Shown: one piece after another, positions 57,002 through 64,000 of the stretch
Layout of the letters: every line of letters starts with the position of its first letter
How positions within the stretch are numbered: position 1 is the first letter of the stretch
From: Actinomycetota bacterium
Lineage (GTDB): Bacteria; Actinomycetota; CADDZG01; JAHWKV01
Length of the DNA stretch: 64,000 nucleotides
Direction of reading: 5' to 3'
Assembly: GCA_019347715.1 (NCBI GenBank)
Contig: JAHWKU010000002.1
Location: 118,349 to 182,348 of the forward strand
The notes under the pieces: generated by a model
The model's database searches: none
Seen by the model: only the letters and a program-made list of their open reading frames with translations
Told to the model about the DNA's origin: nothing
Translations under genes and position numbers: made by a program

Positions 57002-57208
57002 CTAGCTACCTTCTATCTCAAAGAAGATTCGCACTTCGGTTCGATATTCGGTGATGTTCTTGTCGTTGACCTGGGCGCTGGTGCTGATCACATCCATCTT
57101 GCGGATCCCTCTAATGGTCTTCGACGCTTCCTTGAGAGCTTCTCTCGCAGCCGCTCCCCAGCCATCCTCGGAGACCCCTTCCAGCTCTATCGTGTTGATA
57201 ACCGACAT
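57002..57208 (-). CDS. Dodecin family flavin-binding protein
   Basis: Start refined to MSVINTIELEGVSEDGW...RTEVRIFFEIE, matching the ~68-aa dodecin family. Confidence 0.7.
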   Translation of the reverse strand: MSVINTIELEGVSEDGWGAAAREALKEASKTIRGIRKMDVISTSAQVNDKNITEYRTEVRIFFEIEGS

Positions 57209-57291
57209 TCGTTCCTCCTGGCTGCAACTGCTCAGATGATATTCCAAGATCACCCGATCCGGATCTGCTGCTTGGAATGTAGGCTCGAACG

Positions 57292-58263
57292 ATGCGTATC
57301 TCAGAGACAGGCGAGTTCGGGCTCATCGATCGCCTGCGTCAAATCGTGGGCGAACCCGGCGAAGGAGAAGTGTGGGTCGGAGACGATGCCGCGGTTCTGA
57401 GGGCCCCTGCTGGGACGATCCTTTTCACAACGGATCTCATGATCGAGGGGGTCCATTTCGACCTCGAGATCACCGGCCCCGAAGACCTCGGTTACAAAGC
57501 GCTCGCCGTGAATATCAGCGATGTGGCGGCCATGGGGGGGACCCCAAGAAGGGCGTTGGTTTCGCTGGGCCTCAGGCCTCAGATGGAAACGGAGTGGGTA
57601 GAGCGGCTCTACCGGGGGATGCGGGAGTGCGCGGATCAGTTCGACATGGCCATTGCCGGCGGCGACATCTCGAGAAGTGATTGCCTGCTGCTGAGTGTGG
57701 CTCTGCTGGGCAATCCCGCGGGCAGGCTGGTCATAGAAAGAAAGGGGGCCAGGGTCGGCGATGTCATTTGCGTAACCGGGACCCTGGGGGAAAGCGCTGC
57801 AGGTTATCGACTGCTTCGAGCCGGTATCAAGGAGAGGGCCGACCTGAAAGATCGCCATCTGCGGCCCACTCCAAGAGTCAAAGAAGTCGAGATCCTGCGG
57901 CGGCAGCTTCCAACCGCAATGATCGACGTGTCCGACGGGTTCGCCGCGGACTTGTCTCATCTATGTGAGCAATCGGAAGTTGGAGCGATAGTGCGTTCCT
58001 CCGACCTTCCTTTGGTGGATCTAACCGATGTCGAGCTCGATCGTGACCCCTTGGAACTCGGTCTTCATGGAGGAGAGGACTATGAGCTCATCTTCACTAT
58101 CCCTGCGGATCGAGCAGACGAAGCCCTATCGAAAGTAACTCGAGAGACCAAAACCGCCGTGACAGTCGTCGGTGAGATAGTGGAAGGGCGAGGCATGGCG
58201 CTCGTCATAGACGGAGAAGAGTCGGAGTTAGAGGCACGGGGATGGGATCACCTACGAACTTAA
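57292..58263 (+). CDS. thiL: Thiamine-monophosphate kinase
   Basis: GEFGLIDRL..., AIR-synthase-related fold, ThiL N-terminus. Confidence 0.85.
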   Translation: MRISETGEFGLIDRLRQIVGEPGEGEVWVGDDAAVLRAPAGTILFTTDLMIEGVHFDLEITGPEDLGYKALAVNISDVAAMGGTPRRALVSLGLRPQMETEWVERLYRGMRECADQFDMAIAGGDISRSDCLLLSVALLGNPAGRLVIERKGARVGDVICVTGTLGESAAGYRLLRAGIKERADLKDRHLRPTPRVKEVEILRRQLPTAMIDVSDGFAADLSHLCEQSEVGAIVRSSDLPLVDLTDVELDRDPLELGLHGGEDYELIFTIPADRADEALSKVTRETKTAVTVVGEIVEGRGMALVIDGEESELEARGWDHLRT

Positions 58264-59093
58264 AAGACGTCCGTACTGCTCTTTCGATCGCGGGCAGCGA
58301 CTCCGGCGGGGGAGCAGGCATCCAGGCCGATCTCAAGACCTTTCTCGCTCTTGGAGTCCACGGGATGAGCGCCATCACGGCCCTAACGGCTCAGAACACG
58401 CGGGGGGTGAGCGCGATACATCCAGTACCGCCAGAGTTCGTACGAGAGCAGATCAAACAAGTAGTGGAAGACATCGGGGTGGATGCCGCGAAGACCGGCA
58501 TGCTCTCTGACGCGGAGATCGTGACGGCGGTGGCCGGAGCGGTTATCGAGTTTTCGATCCCAAATCTGGTGGTCGATCCCGTCTTCATTTCGACGAATCG
58601 AGACGTCCTTTTGGCGCAAGACGCGGTGGGGGCCTTGGTGAACAAGCTGTTTCCTCTTGCCGCCGTCGTCACACCAAACCTCTACGAGGCTTCCGCACTT
58701 CTTGACCGAGAGGTGGAGACCACTGCCGATATGGCCGACGCGGCGAAGGCGCTTCACGAGATGGGCCCAAAGTTCGTCATGGTCAAAGGAGGTCACCTCG
58801 AAGGCGGCGACGCTATCGATGTGGTCTACGACGGAGTTTCTGTGATCGAACTAACGGGGCCGAGGATCGACTCTCACAACACGCACGGAACGGGCTGCAC
58901 CCTTTCGGCTGCCATCGCGGCGTATCTCGCCAAAGGTGACCCGTTGCTGGACGCCATCGGCAGAGCAAAGAGCTTCGTGACGGGTGCGATCCGTTACGGG
59001 CTTGATATCGGCGAGGGACACGGTCCGGCGAACGCAGGATGGGATTCGACGCTACCGGGTGAGGTCAGCGGCGGCGGGCGCGGATCTTCTTGA
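58242..59093 (+). CDS. thiD: Hydroxymethylpyrimidine/phosphomethylpyrimidine kinase
   Basis: ALSIAGSDSGGGAGIQADLK and THGTGCTLSAAIAA motifs. Confidence 0.85.
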   Translation: MGSPTNLKDVRTALSIAGSDSGGGAGIQADLKTFLALGVHGMSAITALTAQNTRGVSAIHPVPPEFVREQIKQVVEDIGVDAAKTGMLSDAEIVTAVAGAVIEFSIPNLVVDPVFISTNRDVLLAQDAVGALVNKLFPLAAVVTPNLYEASALLDREVETTADMADAAKALHEMGPKFVMVKGGHLEGGDAIDVVYDGVSVIELTGPRIDSHNTHGTGCTLSAAIAAYLAKGDPLLDAIGRAKSFVTGAIRYGLDIGEGHGPANAGWDSTLPGEVSGGGRGSS

Positions 59094-59265
59094 TGGCGAT
59101 CACACCGATGACCGCAGCCAGGATCGCTGCTCCCACTTTGGTTCCGGTGGTCTTGGCGGTTTCAACGCCCTCTTTCAGCTGACCGGCCAGCGCATCGACC
59201 TTTTCGCCGAGGGCCTCTCTGGTTTCTTCGATCTCTTTTTTTATGGCTTCCGGTTCTTGGCCCAT
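59065..59265 (-). CDS. DUF3618-like small membrane-anchored protein
   Basis: 66 aa, coiled N-terminus and C-terminal TM plus basic tail KKIRARRR. Overlaps the upstream holin-like gene by 25 nt. Confidence 0.5.
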   Translation of the reverse strand: MGQEPEAIKKEIEETREALGEKVDALAGQLKEGVETAKTTGTKVGAAILAAVIGVIAIKKIRARRR

Positions 59266-59654
59266 GCGAGGTCCTCCTTGATCGATTCGATCGTCTCTTC
59301 CGGGAGGGTCTTACCCTTGATTTTCTTCGCCCCAATCACGAAGAGCAGGCCCCCTCCCGCGATCATCATGAGAGTGACGATCAATGCAGCGGCCCAGCGT
59401 TGGAGCCAGATCGCCAGGACCTCCATTAAGGTGAGCAGGGCAAAAGGAAGGATGAGCACTGCGACGACGCCCCCGACTACAAAGAGTCCGACCGCAACGA
59501 GTTTCTCCCTGACGATCTGAGAGACCTCGGCCTTGGCCAGTTCGATCTCCTTGCGCACCAGCGTGGAGACGTCGGTCGTTATGTCTTTTATCAGGGCCCC
59601 AACTTTGTGGTTGGAGTCGGAGTCGATGCGGTCGGTCTTTTCTCCCAGATCCAT
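59241..59654 (-). CDS. Actinobacterial holin-X-like (annotation family 'phage holin family protein') membrane protein
   Basis: 137 aa with two TM helices and a charged N-terminus. Commonly paired with DUF3618. Confidence 0.5.
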   Translation of the reverse strand: MDLGEKTDRIDSDSNHKVGALIKDITTDVSTLVRKEIELAKAEVSQIVREKLVAVGLFVVGGVVAVLILPFALLTLMEVLAIWLQRWAAALIVTLMMIAGGGLLFVIGAKKIKGKTLPEETIESIKEDLAWAKNRKP

Positions 59655-59659
59655 TTAGC

Positions 59660-59851
59660 TCAGGAGGCCCGCTTGACCTTGCCGGCCTTGATGCACGAAG
59701 TGCAAGCCTTGATCCGCTTCGGTGTCCCGTTCACCACGGCCCGGAAGGTCTGGATATTGGGCGTCCAGCGCCGGTTGGTGCGGACGTTTGAGTGGCTGAT
59801 CGATTTTCCAAATTGCGGCTTCTTGCCGCATACGTCGCAAACCGCGGACAT
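59660..59851 (-). CDS. rpmB: 50S ribosomal protein L28
   Basis: Start refined to [36 protein letters not shown]..., canonical L28 with CxxC...CxxC Zn ribbon. Confidence 0.85.
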   Translation of the reverse strand: MSAVCDVCGKKPQFGKSISHSNVRTNRRWTPNIQTFRAVVNGTPKRIKACTSCIKAGKVKRAS

Positions 59852-59924
59852 TTGTGCTCCGTTGTATGGGTGAACGGTCGATGGTAGCAGGAGAATCCGC
59901 TTCCTGTCGCAAGCCTCGGGCAGA

Positions 59925-62096
59925 ATGGGCCTGATGAAGGGGACCTCACTTCTGCTGTATGCCCCAGCCGGCAAGCACGTGCCCGTCCAATTCGTGAAGG
60001 GGGTCGGCCCCAAGGGGGCCGAGGTGCTTGCTCAATCCAAGTTCTCCATCGCAAGCGTGGAAGATCTCCTTCAGCACTACCCACGGCGTCACCTGGACTT
60101 CTCCGAGACCACTTCCATCCGGGAGGTGGGAGTAGGCCAGGAAGTCACGCTCATCGGCGAGGTGAAGAAAGTTAAGGCTGCGCCTCCCGGCAGGAAGAAG
60201 TTTCCGACGAAAGTGACGTTGAGCGATGGCACCTCCTCCATCGAGCTCGCCTTTTTCAATCAGCCATGGAGAGCCAAGCAGCTGCGGGCCGGCACCGTGA
60301 TCGCGGCCAAGGGCAAGGTCTCGACCTTCGCCGGGAAGAGGCAGATGACATCGCCGATGGTTGACGTAATCAAAGATTCGGACGAGGTGATCAAGATCGT
60401 TCCGATCTATCCGGCTACCGCGGAGATCCACACGGCCTGGCTCAGAAGGATCATTCGATCAGCGCTGGAGGAGTACAGCCCGCTAGCGGATCCGCTTCCG
60501 CTCGAAATCCGCGACCGGCACAGCCTGCTGGACCGGACGAGGGCCATGACCAGATACCACTTCCCAGGGGAGATGAAGGAAAAGTGGGAAGCAAGGAGAA
60601 GGCTCGTTTTCGACGAGCTGTTCACCCTTCAGATCGGCCTTGCGTTCCGTAAGCGCAGGATCGAGCAGGACACGATCGGGATCTCTCACAAGGTTGAGGC
60701 CGAGCTCGCCGGCCGGATGATCGAAGATCTTCCGTTCGAGCTGACGCAGGCGCAGATCCGTTCGATCCGTGAAGTGGAAGAGGACATGGCCCGATCGATT
60801 CCCATGCATCGTCTGCTGCAGGGCGAGGTCGGAAGCGGCAAGACCGTGGTTGCGCTCTATGCCGCCATGCTTGCGGTGCAAGGGGGATACCAGGCCGCCA
60901 TCATGGCGCCGACCGAAGTCCTTGCGTCCCAGCATTTCCTGACGATCAATTCGTTGCTGACTGGAACGAGCATGGGTGACTTTCCAGAAAATGTGAGTCG
61001 CGCCTCTTTGTTGGGGCCGGAGGTCGTGCTTTTGACTGGAAGCGTGCCGGCTGCCAAGCGACGAGAAGCGATCGCTCGGATCGCAGACGGCAGAGCCGAC
61101 ATCGTGGTTGGAACCCATGCGCTGATCCAGGAAGCGGTGGAGTTCTCGAACTTGGGGCTGGCGGTGGTTGACGAACAGCACCGGTTCGGCGTTCACCAGC
61201 GGATTGCATTGAGGGAGAAAACACAAGGGGGATCAACGCCAGATGTACTGATCATGACCGCCACTCCGATCCCTCGAACCCTGGCCCTCACTCTCTACGG
61301 AGATCTCGATGTGAGCGTCCTAGACGAGCTTCCGAAAGGAAGACAGCCGGTGGAGACAGCGATCGTCGAAGAGTCGAACCGTCAAGAGGCTTACTCGCTG
61401 GTTCGTGATGAGGTTGCCTCCGGCAGGCAGGCCTACGTCATCACTCCGCTGATCGAAGAGTCCGACAAGCTGGAGGTCAAATCCGCCGAAGCGGAAGCCG
61501 AAAGACTTGCCAGCGAGGTGTTTCCCGATCTGAGAGTGGCGAAGATGCACGGCCGCATGCGGCCGGCCCAGAAGGAATCGGTTATGAGCTCCTTTAGGAA
61601 CGGAGATATCGACGTGCTCATCTCCACGACCGTGGTTGAAGTCGGCGTCGATGTCCCCAACGCGACCGTGATGCTCATCGAAGACGCCGACCGATTCGGT
61701 CTGTCGCAGCTTCATCAGCTGCGTGGCCGCATTGGAAGGGGAGCTCACCCGTCGAAGTGCATCTTGTTCGCAAGCTCTCTCGAGGAAGTTGATGAAGAGG
61801 AAAGAAAGATTGCGAGAGAACGTCTCAAGGCTCTTGCTTCGACAACGGACGGATTCGAACTCGCCAACAAGGATCTGGAATTGCGAGGGACCGGCACGAT
61901 CATGGGGGCGAGGCAGGCAGGTTTCTCCGACTTGCGGCTGACTCATCTGATCAAAGACGTGGACATCCTGAAGCGGGCCCGAGACGAGGCTTTCTCGATG
62001 ATTGAGACGGACCCCGAGTTGTCGAAGCACGAGCTGATCAGACTCGAGATGGAAGGCCGATTCGCGGAACGCCTCGAGTGGCTCTTCCACTCTTGA
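59925..62096 (+). CDS. recG: ATP-dependent DNA helicase RecG
   Basis: Wedge domain, helicase motif I GEVGSGKT, DExH (VVDEQHRFG), motif [14 protein letters not shown] motif. Confidence 0.9.
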   Translation: MGLMKGTSLLLYAPAGKHVPVQFVKGVGPKGAEVLAQSKFSIASVEDLLQHYPRRHLDFSETTSIREVGVGQEVTLIGEVKKVKAAPPGRKKFPTKVTLSDGTSSIELAFFNQPWRAKQLRAGTVIAAKGKVSTFAGKRQMTSPMVDVIKDSDEVIKIVPIYPATAEIHTAWLRRIIRSALEEYSPLADPLPLEIRDRHSLLDRTRAMTRYHFPGEMKEKWEARRRLVFDELFTLQIGLAFRKRRIEQDTIGISHKVEAELAGRMIEDLPFELTQAQIRSIREVEEDMARSIPMHRLLQGEVGSGKTVVALYAAMLAVQGGYQAAIMAPTEVLASQHFLTINSLLTGTSMGDFPENVSRASLLGPEVVLLTGSVPAAKRREAIARIADGRADIVVGTHALIQEAVEFSNLGLAVVDEQHRFGVHQRIALREKTQGGSTPDVLIMTATPIPRTLALTLYGDLDVSVLDELPKGRQPVETAIVEESNRQEAYSLVRDEVASGRQAYVITPLIEESDKLEVKSAEAEAERLASEVFPDLRVAKMHGRMRPAQKESVMSSFRNGDIDVLISTTVVEVGVDVPNATVMLIEDADRFGLSQLHQLRGRIGRGAHPSKCILFASSLEEVDEEERKIARERLKALASTTDGFELANKDLELRGTGTIMGARQAGFSDLRLTHLIKDVDILKRARDEAFSMIETDPELSKHELIRLEMEGRFAERLEWLFHS

Positions 62097-62099
62097 GCC

Positions 62100-62651
62100 G
62101 TGCGAGTCATCGCGGGATCCGCCGGCGGCAGGAAGCTCCGCACCCTGAAGGGGACGGAAACTAGACCAACCTCAGACCGGGTTCGCGAAGCCCTCTTCTC
62201 ATCGATAGGGGAGCTGGTGGATGGTGCCACGGTCCTCGACCTGTATGCGGGCTCAGGCGCGCTCGGGATCGAAGCTCTATCCCGCGGCGCCTCTCACGCC
62301 ACTTTCGTGGAAGGCAACACCGCGGCGGTCGAAGTGATCGAACGGAACTTGGAAGAGCTCGGATTCAGGCCTCGTGCAGATGTGATCCAGGCAGATGCCG
62401 CGGTCTTCGTTGCGGGGCCTTCCGTGAAGTCATACGACCTGGTCCTGATTGACCCCCCTTACTCCGTCGGCCTACCATCGGATGTGCTCGAGGGGCTTCT
62501 CGGCCATTTGAACCAGGACGCTCTGGTGGTGGTGGAAGCCTCGTCCCGTCTAGGTGAAGTCGCAACACCCGAGGGATACCTCCTCGGCCATAGAAAGAAA
62601 TACGGAGATACCATGCTCGTCTTCATGAATCCGCTCGGACCGAAGTCTTGA
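62100..62651 (+). CDS. rsmD: 16S rRNA (guanine966-N2)-methyltransferase
   Basis: MRVIAGSAGGRKL...LDLYAGSGALGIEALSRGA...DPPY signature. Confidence 0.85.
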   Translation: MRVIAGSAGGRKLRTLKGTETRPTSDRVREALFSSIGELVDGATVLDLYAGSGALGIEALSRGASHATFVEGNTAAVEVIERNLEELGFRPRADVIQADAAVFVAGPSVKSYDLVLIDPPYSVGLPSDVLEGLLGHLNQDALVVVEASSRLGEVATPEGYLLGHRKKYGDTMLVFMNPLGPKS

Positions 62652-63133
62652 CGATCGCATTGTGCCCGGGATCGTTCGATCCTCCAACCAACGGTCACCT
62701 CGATGTGGTCGAGCGGGCGAGCCGCCACTTCGAGAGAGTGATCGTCGCAGTGGTTCGCAACCCGAAAAAGCAGGGACTCTTTGAGGAAGAAGAAAGAGTC
62801 GCAATGATGAAGGAAGTCCTTAGCCATCTCGACAACGTCGAGATGATCGTTCATGAGGGCTTATTGGTCGACCTCGCTAAGGAAAGCGGCGCAGGAGTAA
62901 TAGTGAAGGGATTGCGCGCTCTCTCGGATGTTGAATACGAGCTGCAGATGGCTCAAATGAATGCCAGTCTCCTAAGCCAGGTGGACACCGTATTCGTTGC
63001 GACGGATCCAAAGTGGAGCTTCGTGTCATCGAGTCTGGTCAAAGAAGTTGCCAGGCTTGGAGGAGATGTCTCAAAGCTCGTTCCTCCGGTCGTTTCGACG
63101 GCTCTGGCTCGCAAGTTCGGCACGACCAACTAG
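62648..63133 (+). CDS. coaD: Phosphopantetheine adenylyltransferase
   Basis: CPGSFDPPTNGHLDVVERA (T/HxGH motif) and full-length CoaD similarity. Confidence 0.9.
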   Translation: MTIALCPGSFDPPTNGHLDVVERASRHFERVIVAVVRNPKKQGLFEEEERVAMMKEVLSHLDNVEMIVHEGLLVDLAKESGAGVIVKGLRALSDVEYELQMAQMNASLLSQVDTVFVATDPKWSFVSSSLVKEVARLGGDVSKLVPPVVSTALARKFGTTN

Positions 63134-63161
63134 CTCGATCTTCGGGGGATAAGGTATAGCC

Positions 63162-63692
63162 ATGGATTTGATGGACGAACTCGATCAGGTAATCGAAAAG
63201 ATCAGAGGGGCCAAGCCGGTGCCCCTTTCGGCTTCAGCAATGATCAACAAGCAAGAGATCCTCGACCATCTCGAATCGATCAAGCAGTCCGCCCCAGAAG
63301 AGCTCAAACAAGCGCGCTGGGTCATGCGTGACCGAGAAGAGGTTCTGCAATCCACTCAGCGTCAGTCCGAGAAGATGCTCGCCGACGCCCAAGCCGAACG
63401 GGACCGGTTGGTGGCAAAAACCGAGATCGTCGCCGCGGCGAACGCGGAGGCCGACAAGATCATCGACGACGCAAAAAGCCGGGCCAGAGAGATCCGAATG
63501 GAGGCAGAAGACTACGTCGATGCCAAGCTGGCCAGCTTCGAGGTGGTGCTCCAAAAGACACTTTCGGCTGTCGAAAAAGGCCGGGAGAGATTGAGAGGGC
63601 GCCTCGATCTCCCCAAGGAGCCCGAGCCCGAAGTCGAAGAGGAGCAGCCCCAGCCCACCGAGACGGGAAACGTGCGCATTCGGCGGCCGTAA
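63162..63692 (+). CDS. Hypothetical coiled-coil protein (ATP-synthase-b-like / DivIVA-like heptad pattern), between coaD and yceD
   Basis: 176 aa, highly charged, alpha-helical heptad composition. RBS GGGATAAGG upstream. Confidence 0.5.
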   Translation: MDLMDELDQVIEKIRGAKPVPLSASAMINKQEILDHLESIKQSAPEELKQARWVMRDREEVLQSTQRQSEKMLADAQAERDRLVAKTEIVAAANAEADKIIDDAKSRAREIRMEAEDYVDAKLASFEVVLQKTLSAVEKGRERLRGRLDLPKEPEPEVEEEQPQPTETGNVRIRRP

Positions 63693-63765
63693 TCGCCTGA
63701 ACGGCTCGATCCGAGCTGGAAGAATTTACCATTTGTTATCATGGCTCCACCTTAAAAGGAGCCAC

Positions 63766-64000
63766 ATGTCAAGCCTGGTGATCGATGTCAGCGATCTGAC
63801 CGGCGACCCGGGGGCCACCAAGGAGATCAAGACTTCCGAGTCGATCGCCGGTCTTCGCAGCGCCCTGGGATACGTTGACCAGAACAAGCCGCTCCACCTC
63901 GAGCTGCTGGCGGAGTCTGTCGTGGACGGAATCGCCGTCTCCGGGCAGGTCGGGGGGACCATGACGCTTACCTGCTCACGGTGCCTCGCGGAGTTCGAAG
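63766..64000 (+). CDS. YceD/DUF177 family protein (N-terminal part, runs off window end)
   Basis: RBS AAAAGGAG. MSSLVIDVSDL...HLELLAESVVDGIAVSGQVGGTMTLTCSRCL matches DUF177 including the first Cys pair. Confidence 0.6.
   Translation, partial: MSSLVIDVSDLTGDPGATKEIKTSESIAGLRSALGYVDQNKPLHLELLAESVVDGIAVSGQVGGTMTLTCSRCLAEFE

Noticed and set aside
59241-59654. 'Phage holin family protein' as evidence of a prophage
   Set aside because: This family name applies to a widespread actinobacterial membrane protein paired with DUF3618. There are no integrase, terminase, capsid or att repeats nearby. The flanks are thiD and rpmB core genes.

Overview
The window is a high-GC (~62%) bacterial chromosomal segment, probably actinobacterial: it carries an HU gene with a lysine-rich tail, cofC and FrhB-like F420 genes, and PAC2, UdgX-like and DUF2277 genes. 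Most of it is dense core and housekeeping coding sequence. Recognisable genes include gluABCD-like and two Liv-like ABC transporters, a principal-type sigma-70 factor, pckA, ddl, thiL/thiD, recG, rsmD, coaD, rpmB, gpsA, plsC, a TldD/PmbA pair and pilT. There is no CRISPR array, tRNA or rRNA gene, and no integrase or transposase. Six things look accessory or unusual. (i) A Liv-type ABC locus at 23.6-30.7 kb encodes a 1008-aa fusion of an MFS transporter domain with two ABC ATPase domains, a fused LivH/LivM permease and a membrane-anchored divergent binding protein. (ii) A second Liv-type operon at 13.7-20.8 kb carries an extra small membrane protein and a secreted, Cys-rich, C-terminally anchored protein. 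(iii) A UdgX-like uracil-DNA glycosylase with the KRRIH loop is translationally coupled to a DUF72 gene. (iv) An M50 site-2 protease with CBS domains is fused in frame to a PDZ plus Lon-like (YlbL-type) protease module, downstream of a LOG gene. (v) A baeRF1/Vms1-like eRF1-domain protein sits next to a BON-domain protein. (vi) A GH1 glycosidase has no canonical start codon, and a metallophosphoesterase is split by a frameshift. ORF-track start codons appear to include GTG and TTG, so several starts were refined by eye. Intergenic regulatory calls are low confidence.
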